A stretch of 64,000 bases of DNA from assembly GCA_008632985.1 (NCBI GenBank), contig QPGO01000063.1:248001-312000 (forward strand), written 5' to 3'. Both the position numbers and the translations under genes were made by a program. This document shows positions 39,503-52,300 of the stretch, piece after piece. Within the stretch, counting starts at the first letter, position 1. Each line of letters starts with the position of its first letter. The stretch is from Psammoneis japonica (taxonomy: Eukaryota). The notes beneath the pieces are model-generated. The model saw nothing but the letters and a program-made list of their open reading frames with translations. It was not told the DNA's origin and searched no databases.

Positions 39503-40278
39503 ATGGCGTTGCCTTTGCGGTGGATCCTTCTCGTGACACTGCAATTGTCACTAAGTTTTGTTGAACTGTCAAGTGGCTTCTCCATACCGCTTCCTCATCG
39601 AAAGCTCATTGCATGTAGCAGCGCCTTTGGAAACAACCTTGGCATGCACGATCACAAGACAACTCTGCATGGCAGCAGCAGCAGCAGCGACAGCAGCGTA
39701 GAGGAGAAGAAAACGTCAAGCAGCAGCAACCGGAAGCCCTTGTTTCCATTTCATGAAGCAAGGAAAATCGCCAGAGGACATGGGTTTGGGTCACGAGAAG
39801 AATTTATTGAATACTCTTGTCCAGGTAGGTAAGCTTTCTCAGCGTCACAACACACCGTTCTTGGTTGCTACTTTGCGATCATCTGCACGCATCACTGTGG
39901 AGAGTTCTTGTTTGTTGTAAGTTTCTCACTGGTGCTTTACTTGACAAATCATTTTGCACCTTATGGATGCCATGACTTCTCATGGTAGGAGCTTATCAAT
40001 TGCCCAAAAATGCGGACGAGGTGTGGGAAAAGGAATGGAGAGGCTGGGATGATTTTCTTGGTACACCTTTAACGTTCTCAGAGGCTCGAGCAGTTGCCCA
40101 AACGCTCTCTTTGGATACTCAAGAGGACTATATGACACTCATAAAGCAGAAGGATAACTTGGAAGCAATGAAGAACTACGATGAACGGGCGAGCCGTCTT
40201 CCGTTTCGTCCTGATCTAAAGTTCAAGCAAGAATGGATCTCGTGGGAGGATTGGTTGGGATGCGGGACAGAAATGTGA
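39503..40278 (+). CDS. Plastid-targeted protein with two 'phage-integrase repeat'-like units; 2 exons (39503-39824, 39989-40278)
   Basis: Signal peptide + SSG-F. Repeats F.EAR..A...(S/T).E(E/D)....LP...D.....EW..W.D(F/W)LG. GT-AG intron joins CPG-AYQLP. Confidence 0.75.
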
Positions 40279-40822
40279 AATTAAGCGTTATTGATTGCGT
40301 ACCATATCCTTTTTGGAGGCTTGCAGCCTTGTCGTGTTATCGATTGAGTCTTCGTGGCTAATCTCGTCGATACCGTAGTATTGTAAGGTGGCGTCAATCT
40401 GTCGCCAAAGCCTTGATCGCAACTAGCATTCACATACTCTAGAGGCCCTACAGTCGGGTACGCGGGGAAGGTTCATCCTTCTCTCCGACAAGCAAATTGG
40501 CGCCGGCACTACGATAAGTTTGAGACTCGGTATCCTTTGGTGCGACGACTCCCACAGTTGTGGAAAGGAGAAACCTCTATCGTCGTTGCGTCATATCTTT
40601 TCGCTGGCGGCAAATTTTTTTAGTGCATTTGATGGAGCGTCTAGCTACAACCGTTACACTCTAGTTTAGCATTTGACAGCGAGGATCTGCAAGCAATCTT
40701 GGTCATTATGTAACCTTTTCATCAGACAACAGTTGCAGCTTATCATCCATGCCACAATAGTGCAGCCCAGCAAGCGCCAAGAAAACGCGATCGCTCCGAC
40801 CACAACCACTCATGAGAAGTTG

Positions 40823-43800
40823 TCACTGGTCTGCTTTGTCCTTTTCTCCGTCCATTTCACTGGAGGAGCGGACAAGCTTCCTGCCGACCAAGCCGCGTGT
40901 AAAACTAGCACTCAAAGCAGGCAAATCGCTTGTCGCTAAAGCCGCAGATGACGGCCCGAGTTCAGTTGCAACCGTTCCAAATATGTTTGAGGCGTGCCCT
41001 CTGATAGTACTATCGTCATTGAGCGACAAGGACGTTGTCTTTGCACGTTTCTTTGCGTTGCTGACATTTATTACAGGCGCATCCGTTGACGACAACATGC
41101 TTCGTCGTTTCTTGGACACGCTACCAACAAGACCCTTCATATCACTGGCAGAGGATCCTCCCTCTAGCAAAAGGATTTCTCCTTTGCTCGTCAATACATA
41201 CAGCTTGATTAATGGTGCCGCCTTGTTCGAAATAGGTGCTTCTGTGGCAGTAGGAGACACTGGTATCCAGGCAGAGGACTGCTGCATCTTTAGTTTGTCA
41301 GCGTCGACACCGATTGCACGAACGTGTCCGTCAAGAAACCACGTCATGGCTTTTCTTCTTGCTGTGTCGTCCGGGGCATGCCTGTCACCGTATCTAAAAG
41401 GATGACTTGACTCTGTTTAGCATATCGGCGATAGACGGAAACTGCCACCAATCGTCTCGAGAAAGTACTTGAACATCGGACACACGGGCATATTGTTGCT
41501 GCTGATCAAAGATACCATGAGACCAACCATTGTCGGTGTTGCTTTGCTGGGGAAACACAGATTTCATTGAAACGCCGTTTCTTGACCTTGTCAGTAGCGC
41601 ATCCCGGATGAGGGGTGTATATACAAACTGGATCGACTCCACGGGGGCATCGTCGTCATCCAAATGTCTTAATGAGTGCAGCATTGTGGCGTTCTCGTGA
41701 TCCCACAACGTCACCATGTGTCCAAACGCTATCGCCAATAAAGACCCGTCCGAAGAAAAGGCAATGCCGTTGGGGCTTGTGCCAAAGTTAGAAAACCCAC
41801 TGGGAGTAGTAATCTTGTACTGACAGACCCATGTTGTTTTGTCATTGTCATTACTTGCATAGCCTTGTCCTTTATGCCATATCCGAAAGGCGTTTTCATC
41901 ATTACTCGCAGTTGCCACAAAAGAGCCACAGCTAGACATTGCCACGGATGTGACGGTGTTTCCTCGTCCATGGGGGTTGGTCATGGATGCCGATAATACA
42001 AAGGAGGACGCATCTCTAGCACTACTTTTCTCTGATGACTTTGTCCAAAATTTCAAGGTATGAACAACTCCCAAGAGGGTCCTTCTGTTTCTGTTGCCAA
42101 CAAGAACATAGGGCGCAGCACCCACCGAGTTTTCACTCCACACCGCATCGACCGTGACCAATTCATTTGAAGCAAAGGCGACATGTTCGACACGAGGCAT
42201 TGGCATATCTACATCAAAGTCTTCCGTCTTGGACACAAAGTTGTGTGGGACCACTTCGAGTTTGGAAACGACACGTTCTTGATCCACGTGGTACCAATGC
42301 AAACAACCGGGTGAACCGTCCATACCTCGAAGAATAATGACTCTGGACTGATTCGTGCTAACGCCATTGACGATTTCATAGGTTGAATCACGGTGCTTTT
42401 GGCTTGGCTGCTGCTGTTGCTGAATCGGCAAGCCTTGAATCTTCCATTGCTGTGCAAAGTTATGACTCGCCAGTGCTACCAGAGAATTGTCTTGACAGTA
42501 AACCAAGACTGTGCTTTCCATACTGGACACATGCAAGATGCTACCCTTTGCAATTCGTGGCAGCATATCGGTAGGCTTGGATGTAGAGCGCGACAATTGC
42601 CAATTCACCAAGACGGATTCCATACCTCCCGTGTACAAAATGTCAGAGTTGTTGTTATCATACGCCAGAGTCGTCACGGCGTGTGCATGCCAATGGAGCT
42701 TTCGCATAATGATGCGAGTCGTCGGATGAGGCGGTTGCTTATTCTTTGAATTTTCTTGCTTTCTCAAAAATCGAGCGCTTCGTAGTACTCCAAGACGGCG
42801 GCAAACACATCCACAAGGATGCGCACGTCACCCTCGCGGTGTCCACACGCCAAGTCGTTCTTGGATACAGCCAAGGCGGTCAAGGGACTGTTGGCTGGCA
42901 TGGTGAACGTAATGCTTGGTAAAGTCGAGTTTGCTCCTTCTGCGGTTGAGCTGAATAGTTCGTGGTGAATCGAAATGGATGCTGGACGACCAATAATCAC
43001 AAAGACGTCTTGGTGCATGTTCTTGGATTGGCAAGGACGACACGTTGACAAGAGAGTAAAGGGAAAAGCATTGACCCCCCTTTTCACCCGGCCCTTGATC
43101 TTTTCCACCTTGGTCACTTGAGCGAGAACGACATTTGTGTCGTCCTTTTTGTTGTAGGGTGGAATGACAAGACGCATCAGTGCCATGGAGTGTGATTTCG
43201 TCTTTGACTTTGTTTCCTTTAATTCTTGCTCTTTGTGCTTGGTGGTAGTCGCATCCTGACCCATCAAAACAAACACCAAGGATCCCTCGTCATTGATTGG
43301 TTGCAGCGGAGGTACCGTCACGTGCAGCAGTGGCGCTGGATTGTCGTTCTTGTCACACCTAAACACTCGTCGGGGTTCATGGCACGGTCCTTTGAGATAG
43401 TACGGGCCAACACTTCTGGATTCATTGCTGCTACCAGCTTTAGTCCTTACAAGATTATTCAGCGGAAATTCTTGAAGTGTTCCATTGGTACAGGCAACAA
43501 GTACAACGTATTCAAAGAGCTCGTCTTCAATGGCGGGATATGATACGGATTCTTCTTCGTCGTCGTCACTACTGCTATCGTGTTGATCTTTTTCTAACGG
43601 TGGAGACTTGATTTTACCAATACGAGCCACTGCAACGCCATGGATACCGACCCCCAGTTTGTCGAGAATCAAATTGGCGACAAATTGCCCCGTTTCACCA
43701 GCAAGTACTCGAACATGACTGGATTGAGGCAGCAACACGAAACGTTCTTTTTTGTCGTTTACTCGTGGAGTCAGGATTGGTTCCAAGACACTCCATGATG

Positions 43801-43900
43801 GCACTGTACTGTATTTCTTAGGGATTACTGACGCGTTGTTTCCCAGTAGTGCACCCCCGACACGCTTTGCCGTTGTTGCTGGTGATGTTGGTTCTGTCAT
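40823..43900 (-). CDS. WDR75: WDR75/UTP17 (Nan1) SSU processome WD40 protein, with three apparent 1-nt frameshifts
   Basis: KLHWHAHAV..L.Y, LYTGGMESVLVNWQL, LPRI, TLKFW, AFSSDGSLLAIAFGHMVTLWD, C-terminal LPALSASF. Confidence 0.8.
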
Positions 43901-44638
43901 GGCTTTAAGCAGAAAAATGAAGTGAGCTTGGAGAGGGGAGCTGAAGGGGGCAGTGGAACAGGTTATGTGGTTGGAAGTATCGCTGGAGGAACAGGTTATG
44001 TGGTGAAAAATCAATCCTTCCGATTGCGAGCTCGTCGACTTCCGAAAATATCACCAGAAAAAAGAAAAACTGGAAATGCATTCCTAACAACCATAAACGA
44101 ATATAAATTTCGCGGGCTCGAAAAATCGTCAGAAAAAAGAAAAACTGCTGTTGCTCCTGCCTTTGGGATGCCTGAATGCGTCTTCCAATTTTATGAAGAA
44201 ATGAGCAGGTGGTGGCACAAGAGTGCTGAAAACCTTCCCAAGGGTTGCTGGGTTGAAAGTTTGCTGCTGACTGACACGCGAGAGCATTGCGAACTGGCGC
44301 CGCTGGAGGAAGCGAGCCGGGAGCTGTCAATTGGTTGTTTGCTTCTTTTGCAAGAGAGCAGATGGCAGAAAGCAAATGGATTTTGTGAAATGTCTCATTG
44401 GGGTCAATGTGCTGAGGATCAAAACTCTGGAGAGTGTGGTTGGCGCGGCTCAGAAGCTGTCGAAAACCAAGCTCTTGGCTTGGGAGCTCATCGCATGATT
44501 GCCTGTGCCACCTTGATGGGAGTGATTGTTGATGTCCAGCATCATGATTCAGCTTTTTTCTGCAAAGGCATGGAGACTTGGAAATGGTTGCAGAAGGAGT
44601 GTGGTCTTGGTGCGCTGCGACTGGCGCTTTCTCTGCTC

Positions 44639-44803
44639 ATGGCAACGCTCATGTCTCATGGCGTCTTGTGCAATGACGAGATTCCTTGGCAGATTGGAGC
44701 AGGATTTGCATTTCCTCTCTTTGGCAGTGTAAGCTGCAGGTGTGTTTTGGATGCTCTGAATTGGAAAGAAGACCTTGATGAAATCGAGACAAGTGGGCTG
44801 TGA
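44639..44803 (+). pseudogene. Dead 3' fragment of the DUF2214 gene (start of direct repeat copy 2, 44639-45205)
   Basis: ATLMSHGVLCNDEIPWQIGAGFAF..FGSVSCRCVLDALNWKEDLDEIETS versus intact ATLMSRGVLYSDEIPWQIGAGFAF..FGGASYKYVSDALNWKEDLDEIETS. Confidence 0.95.
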
Positions 44804-45135
44804 GTCCCAGCTCTCCCTGCGTTCTTGCACAAAGGTCACAGGCAGCTGAAAGCCTGCGAGCTAATGCAGGTTTATGCTGCCTACTCACACCACAGTTACC
44901 ATGCGCTTGTTTAGTGCATCATCGCAAGAAATAAAAAAGTTTTTTCTGCTTTAGAACAAGGGATAAAATGAGCGAGGTCGACTTCGGACTTTCGCAACAG
45001 CAACTGAAAAATTGGGTCCCGCTTTGCATTCGCGATCGAGTCACGAGCTCGGCGACCGGCGACGGCACACTGCACCATAATCTGAATACCTCTTGCGCTG
45101 CTGTTCGAATTCGAAGCTTTCGCTCATGCTTAACA

Positions 45136-45957
45136 ATGATGACTCGATTGCGTCTCTTTATTGTGTCCCTATTTTTCATGCCTCTATGGCATGCACCATC
45201 ATGCTGTACTGCGTTTGGCTCGTTCTCGTTGTTGCCACGGGAAAATAGAATGACAAAAACAAACGGTGGTGTCTTTTCAAAGCGCAAGGATGATAATGAT
45301 GACGACGAACATCTATTCATGAACTTGTTTCAACAACAAAATCATCTTGATGACAAGAACGAAAAGAGGAATTACCAGCAACTCTCATTTTTCATGGAAA
45401 AGGCAAAATCACAAGAACAACCACCAAGTCTCGCAGCGACGGATTCTGACGATTCGTCACCCGAAGCCGTGATTCACAGAGTACTGACTGCGTTCTCCCA
45501 GAGTGAAAATGAAAAGGACATTTCAAAGGCTACCAAACTAGCATTTCAAGTTTCTGCACGTGACGAGGCAAAGGAAGGCGAGAATCATCGCCGCAAGAGC
45601 TGGAGGTCACAACAGGCTTCAAAAAACCATCAGCGGGGTTTGAGCTATGAAGACTTCCATTCCGAATTGATCTCGACTTATGCTTTTCTATTTGGGTGTG
45701 ACGTGTATTCTTTTGCAGGTCGGCCTGTCTACAACGATGAAGGTCAATGTTGCTTTTGTGTCGTGGTCCAGCGGGTCCAGAGCAATCACAAGGTGTTTTA
45801 CGACAAGGGAGTTGGGACATTGAATGTGGTGCGGCCTTTTTCATTCTGCATGGAACAGTCAGAAAGTGACAAATGGATCATTCAAAGTGTTGACCAAATT
45901 TCATTTGGATTCTGGCAAGCTCAGTGTGTAACTGACAAGTATGACACAGACATTTGA
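45136..45957 (+). CDS. Hypothetical plastid-targeted protein, C-terminal DUF4864/NTF2-like region
   Basis: Signal peptide + CTA-F. SPEAVI...L.AF...AF...F..M.Q....WII.SV pattern. Confidence 0.7.
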   Translation: MMTRLRLFIVSLFFMPLWHAPSCCTAFGSFSLLPRENRMTKTNGGVFSKRKDDNDDDEHLFMNLFQQQNHLDDKNEKRNYQQLSFFMEKAKSQEQPPSLAATDSDDSSPEAVIHRVLTAFSQSENEKDISKATKLAFQVSARDEAKEGENHRRKSWRSQQASKNHQRGLSYEDFHSELISTYAFLFGCDVYSFAGRPVYNDEGQCCFCVVVQRVQSNHKVFYDKGVGTLNVVRPFSFCMEQSESDKWIIQSVDQISFGFWQAQCVTDKYDTDI

Positions 45958-46399
45958 AAGGATTTGTAGCTTGTAAAGGAGAATGGCAGGACTGCGTAGC
46001 CACAGTCGGATTCCTTTTGTTTTGTACGAATCGCTTCACTGGCTTTGAACTGGAGACATGGCTAAAACAGCGAAGCTTGGAGATGTCAGGATGAGAAGGG
46101 CTCAAGATTATTCCTTCAGTTTGAGTGGTCAAAATACCAAATGGCGGGCTGCATTCTCTCTAGCTGTCAATATAATATCTCTGTCCGTTTGGAAGTACCT
46201 CTCTCTACGATTATATCAAATGATACGCACGGAACCAAAACCAGCTAGTTGAATGCTGCTCATGCTTTGCAATATCTTGCGTATGAGCTTTTGCGAACTC
46301 CTCGCACTGAAAATATCGATTCCTTTCCTACTGTCTCTATCTCTACCCTCTCTAGACTCATGGTGGAGAGTGTCTCTAGAGAGGCTGCACACTGGCACA

Positions 46400-49300
46400 A
46401 TAACAGTGGTCAACTATTTCTTCGTCCCTTTTTTTGGCGTCACATTTCTCAAAGCCATCTCAACCATAAGAAATGTGTGCGGTAGGATCTTCAGGTCTCT
46501 TTGGTGCTACCAACCAGGCTGGCACCGAACTTGAATACTTTTATCAAGCTGAGACTCAAGTGGATGAAGATACAGTGAGTGGATTCTGTCTGTGTTTGCA
46601 AGAAAACTCTCAACATTTCACTCCTGTCTGCTTGGGTTTCCTCCAAAAGCTGGAGGAAATGGGTCAACTGGGAGAAACCGACTTTGACCTTCATTTCGTT
46701 GCAACGGGTGTGGGCAAGGCATGGCACAAGCTTGGCCAACTCGGACAGGACACCTTGTCTCCAGCATCTGCCACCAGTTCTTTGACCACAGACAATTTTG
46801 TGAGCCTTTCCCCCAGTTCTTGCACTCTCATTGGGTCAGTGAAAAAAGCAGTGAAGAAGGAAATGAGCAAAAAGCACGTGGCAGCATTTGTGGCCAGCTC
46901 CACAGCAGTGCTTGCAATCTGAGCAACCAGCTCATGGTTAATGCCGACCATCGTCACAAAGAGCTTTTGGGAAAAGTCAATGAAACTGGCACAATGGCAT
47001 TGGAAAAAAATGATGAAGCTGGCATGAAGAGTTGGAAAAAGTTGATGGAACTGCTGGCGTGCACATGCTTTGCTGGTTTGCAGTCTCTGCAGCAGTCTGT
47101 GCAGCAGGAGGCAACAACTCTCTGCAGCACTTTGTTCAGCAGGGCAACAAGCCTTGCCAGGTGTCCATGTCAACCATGATGGCCTGTCTTGAGTTCACTG
47201 GCAAGAGGGTGGGAGTCGATGTTTGGGACAGCAAGTTGGACCGCATGATGGTGGACCAGCTGGCAGCTCCACCTCAAGGCACAGTGCTTGAAAAAGATGA
47301 GTGGCACAAGTCCAGAAGAGAGGGCTTCAAGGGCATTGCTTTTCTAGCAAATGCCAGCTGCCGCCCACTTCAAAGACAGCAAGAAGTGGGCCCACATGGA
47401 GGTGGTGGCCTGCACCGACTGGCCTGTGTTTGCTGGCTCCGAACTCAAAAAGAAGTGCATCTCTGAGCTCCAAGTTTGCAAAGCCAAAGGTGCGCATTGG
47501 GTTTGTGGGGCTTTGTTTGTGGGGCTTTATCCACAGGATTGACATGTTTGCATGGACACTGTGCCACGCCAGTGCCGGGGAAAGGACATCTCTGTGACTC
47601 TCGATGGCCAGTGCAAAAGAGGTGCCGCTGCTCATGCTGCCACTGCCGCTGCTGGTGCTGGCACCACTGGTGCCACTGACACTTTTGCACTGGCATTGTT
47701 GCTGCCATTGTAACCACAGGTGGCATTGCAGCTGCTGGCACTGCCGCTGCTGCAGTGTTGAGATGACAAGACAAGTCACGCAGTGTCGACAAAGTGGGCA
47801 GGAGCAAACCACCACCAGTTGCCACTTGTCATGAATGGCAAAAATGCCACACCTCCACCACATTGGCAGCCATGCCAAGTGCAACATTGCCATCATCGTT
47901 GTCACTCCGAGAGCAATGAGCTGGCCTGCTGTGCTCCAGTTTGGGGTTGATGTTGTGGCCACATTGTGGGCATGCCTTTTTGGCTTTGGGGCTTTCCTGT
48001 CGTCTTGGGCTCTTCCTTGATCTTTTTGGGATTTCTGGCTTTCACAGTTTTTGCTTGTGAGTGTTGAGCATGCCAGCAAAACAAGAAGCCACCCAATGGT
48101 CACACTTTTCCTTTCCACAAGGGGCTGCATGTGCCCCATTGGCGGTGGCACACAGCAACCATCTTTGTGACCTGTCTGGGCCTTTCTCAAAAATCACAGG
48201 GTTGGCTTTCCCGGTTTTGCAAATTTGAGAACCTTGTGCTCCCACATGGTTTTTGCAATTGCCAAGATTTGCGGGTTTCTTGTCACACTTGGCAATCTCC
48301 ACTTTTGGGTGGCTCTTGAGGTGCTCTGTCAAGTTTTCTTGGCAGTTTCCAACAAAAGATCAAGGCGCAGTTGGACAAGGAAGCATGCTGTTTGAACAGT
48401 TTGGGACGTGGCACAAACTTCTTTATGAGCTCGCACTTGGGCATGTTGGTCTTCTCTTTTCTGGGCTCCCACTCCTGCCAAAATCACCCCCATGATCACA
48501 GAGGGGACAAGTGCTCATCTTGTCAAGAATCACCACTCATCTCTTGCCAGACATGCCTCACTTCAAAGTGTTTGCTGGAGCCACAGCATGGAAGTTGTTG
48601 TGGTGAATGCAGCTGCGATGCTTGGCAATCGCTGGGTGATCAACATGGACAGTTGAAGCCAGCTGTGGGCCAAATGGAGCCAAGCAAGGCATTGTCATTG
48701 GGCCTGGGGCAGAGAAGTGGGCGGGTGGAAACTGGGTTTGCAGGCTCAAGATGAATGTCCCCATCTGGTGAGTTGGTGCCAAACACATTCACACACCAAA
48801 ATTTTTGCTGAAGTGAGCCCAGGTGCAGGCCCGCATTGATTTTGAGTTTTCATCCAACAATGAGAAGGTGGTGCGCACTCAGGAAATGGAAACAAACACC
48901 AGCTTTCCCAGGGTTCCCTTGGAAGACTTTGTTGTGACTCATGAGGAGCAACTTTCTGTTGATGATCCACCTGATCTTACTGCAGCTGCTGCATCTTGAA
49001 CGGGCTGTTGGCCGACATCAAAACAGCCATTGTGTGAAGGACAAAGAAGTGCACCAGCTGTCACTTGGTGTTTTCAGCCTGCTGCTGCTGCTGGAGAATC
49101 TCCCGGTGCTGTGGAAGAAAGAGGCAAGCCAGCGCTGGAGGAGTTTGCTGAAGCAGAGGATGTGATGACAATGGCTGTGGAGCCTGCTGCTGCTGGGGAT
49201 GAAGCAGAGTTGGGCAAGTCCACTGAGGTGGATGAGGTGCAGGGTGTGCCAGTGGATGAAACAGATGGGACAGCATTGGAGGAGCCTGCTGAAGCAGAGG

Positions 49301-52300
49301 ACATGACAGTGGTGGCTGTGGAGCCTGACACTGCTGCTGCTGCTAGGGATGAAGTGGAGCTGGACAATGAGTCTACCCCAAAGTGGATGAGATGCAGGAC
49401 TTGACAGTGGACAAAAGAGGTGAAACAGTGTTGGACAAGTTTGCCAAAGCAGAGGACACAATGACAATGGCTGTGGAGCATGCTGGAGAATTGCGTGTTG
49501 CCACAGAAGTTGCGATGCTGGCAGAAACTCATGGCAAGTCAAGAGGACACAAGGGACCAGGCCCAAATTTTCAAGGGGGCTGCCACTCAAGAAGGCTTCT
49601 TCATCAAATGGAGGTCCAACACTCCTTTTTAAAGTGGAAGCACTGGTGGTGCACTCGGCAACACAGTGCCACAACCTTTTGATGATTCTTTGCCCAGTGA
49701 TCCACAGGAAGAGCAAAACAAGCAGCAGAATGATGGGCAAACTGCTGGTGCTGGTTGTTTGCTGTTGAGTGCTTTGCCAACAAGCCAAGGTTCTGCCCAA
49801 GTGCTTTGAGTTCCCCACTGAGGGAAGAGCCGGGCTGTGGCTTTGAACACAGCAATGCTTTGTGTCACACAAAACCAGAGCACAAGCGCGGTGTCAAGTT
49901 GGGATGCGATGATGAGCGTGAGTGTGGTGTCGAGTTGGGGCACAACGGCGGGGTTGACAATGGTGACAGCTCTGCCAGTGAGCCTGGTGTCAAGTTGGGG
50001 TGCGATGATGGGGCTGAAGTGGGTGGTGGCTCCACCAGCAAGCCTGGCACATTGTTTTTGACCAGGTTTGTCTTTGTCTCACTTGCTCTGGGGGCACTTG
50101 TTCTTGCACCTGTGTCAAATTGGGGGTTTGACTTGACGAAGCTGAGTGACACATCAAAATTGCAAGATGGTTGGCTTCTCTGGATTGCCAGGCTGGCCAT
50201 CATGAAAAAACCATGATGGTTGTGTGAGCGGACCAATGGCAGGAGGCAATCATTCCAGGAAATGACAGTGGCTCAACTCAAGAGCTTTGGCGTTCAGGAG
50301 CTGACAAGTGGCAAGAGGAGGCAGTTGCTCCAGGGAAAAACAGCTGCTCAGCATCAGCGCCCCCAAGCTTGTCAACAGAGACACAGCAAACTCCAAGACA
50401 GGCAGCGCTGCAGCACATGCAACTTCGAAAAGTTCTTTGTCATGGATGCAGCTGCATCTTTTTTTGGGATTTGGCAAAACTTTTGACATTGTGTGGGCAG
50501 GCCACATGGGAGCAAATCTGTGAAATCAGCTTGTCAGAAGATTTTTGACATTGTGTGGGCACATCATTTGCCTGTTCGTTGGAGCCGTTTGTGCCTTCCT
50601 TGTTGGAGCTGTTTGCATTGCTTGTGTGCCACGAAACATGCTGAGGTGCTTGGCAAATGTGGAGGTGCCAAAGGAGATGTCAGATTGGACGTCAACTCCA
50701 AGGGCTGCGTCTGCACATGGGGCTGGACCCCAACAACAGGTTGCAGCCAGTGTTGTGCATCAGGGGTGTTGGTTGCAACAGAGCCATCGGCAGCCCCGTC
50801 TCTGGAGCTGAAGCATGCAACAAATGGCAAGTGTGGGAGTGCGGGGCGGGAAATGATGTGGACATCTCAAAGGGTGCCATTGACTTGCAGAGCACATTGT
50901 CAAAAAATGCACAAATCGGTCGCCGTGCAACCTGCACCTGAAGCACGCAACAACAAATGACAAGTGCAAGAGTGTGGGAAAAGAGTTTGAGTGTAGACAC
51001 CTCAAACACCTCAAAGTTTGGTGGACTGTCTCTTGTGAGGTGCATTGTCAAAAATTGTGCGGCTCGCATCTGAGCCGGACAACAGATTTGGCGGAGTTTC
51101 AGGCAGCTGTGCCCAACATCAGATCGGGCAGAGCTTCGGCAGCTGTGCCTGGCAACAGATTGGGCGGAGCTTCGGCGGCTGCGCGGCTTGCATCTGAGCC
51201 CGACAACAGACCGGGTGGAGCTTCAGCGGCTTTGGCAGTGGGGTGGGAGCCTCAGCGGCTTCGGGAGGCCACACTGGGGGCAAACCTGCAAAGTTGCTGT
51301 GATCAATTTTCCTGCCAGGGCAGCAGCAATCGTTGCGGCCCAGGCCCGGGCTGGGCTGTCGACCACAACAGCAAATGACAACGGGCCGGGTGGAGCTTCA
51401 GCGGCTTCGGCAGCAGGCAGAGCCTCACAGGCTTTGGGAGGCCACACCACTGGGGCAAATCTGCAAAATTGCTGTGGTCAATTTTCCCATCAGGGCAGCA
51501 GCAAATCGTCATGGCCTGGGCCTGACAACAGCAAACTCCAAGACAGACCGCGCTGCAGCACAACTTTGAAAAGTTTGCAGTGGATGCTGTTGCATTTTTT
51601 TGGGGGATTTGGCAGAACCTGTGTGGGCAGGCCACACCAGGGCAAATCTGTGAAATTGCTGTGGTCAATTTTCCCGCAGCAATCGCCATGGTTCAGGACA
51701 ACAACAAACTCCAAGACGGGCAGTGCTGCAACACAACTTCCAAAATTTTGTCGTGGGCACACACCGATGCATCTTTTTTTGGGATTTGGCAGAACTTTCC
51801 ACCAACATCCCTGTGACATGCAATGAAAACCAAAGGCTGCCGCCCAAGGGAACCCAGACTGTGCTTCAGCACAACTTCGAAAAGTTTGTTGTAGATGCTG
51901 TTGCGTTTTTTGGGGGGATTTGGCAGAACCTGTGTGAGCAGGCCACACCGGGGCAAATCTGTGAAATTGCTGTGGTCAATCGTCATGGTTCAGGACAACA
52001 ACAAACTCCAAGACAGGCAGTGCTGCAGCACAACTTCCAAAATTTTGTCGTGGACACATTGCTGCATCTTTTTTTGGGATTTAGCAGAACTTTCCCCAAC
52101 ATCCCTGTGACATGCAATGAAAACCAAAGGCCCCAACCCAAAACTCCAAGAACTTCAAAAAGACATCCTGACATGGGCATGAATGACCTCATCGTTGTTT
52201 TGCAATGAAAACCAATGGCCACAACTGGAAACCCCAAGAACTTCGAAAAGTTTGTGGTGGACACACGGTTGCATCTTTTTGGGATTTAGCAGAAATTTCC

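Noticed and set aside
50330..52300. CRISPR-like array
   Set aside because: Eukaryotic context; the units are long and degenerate and the 'spacers' are themselves repeated; no cas genes.
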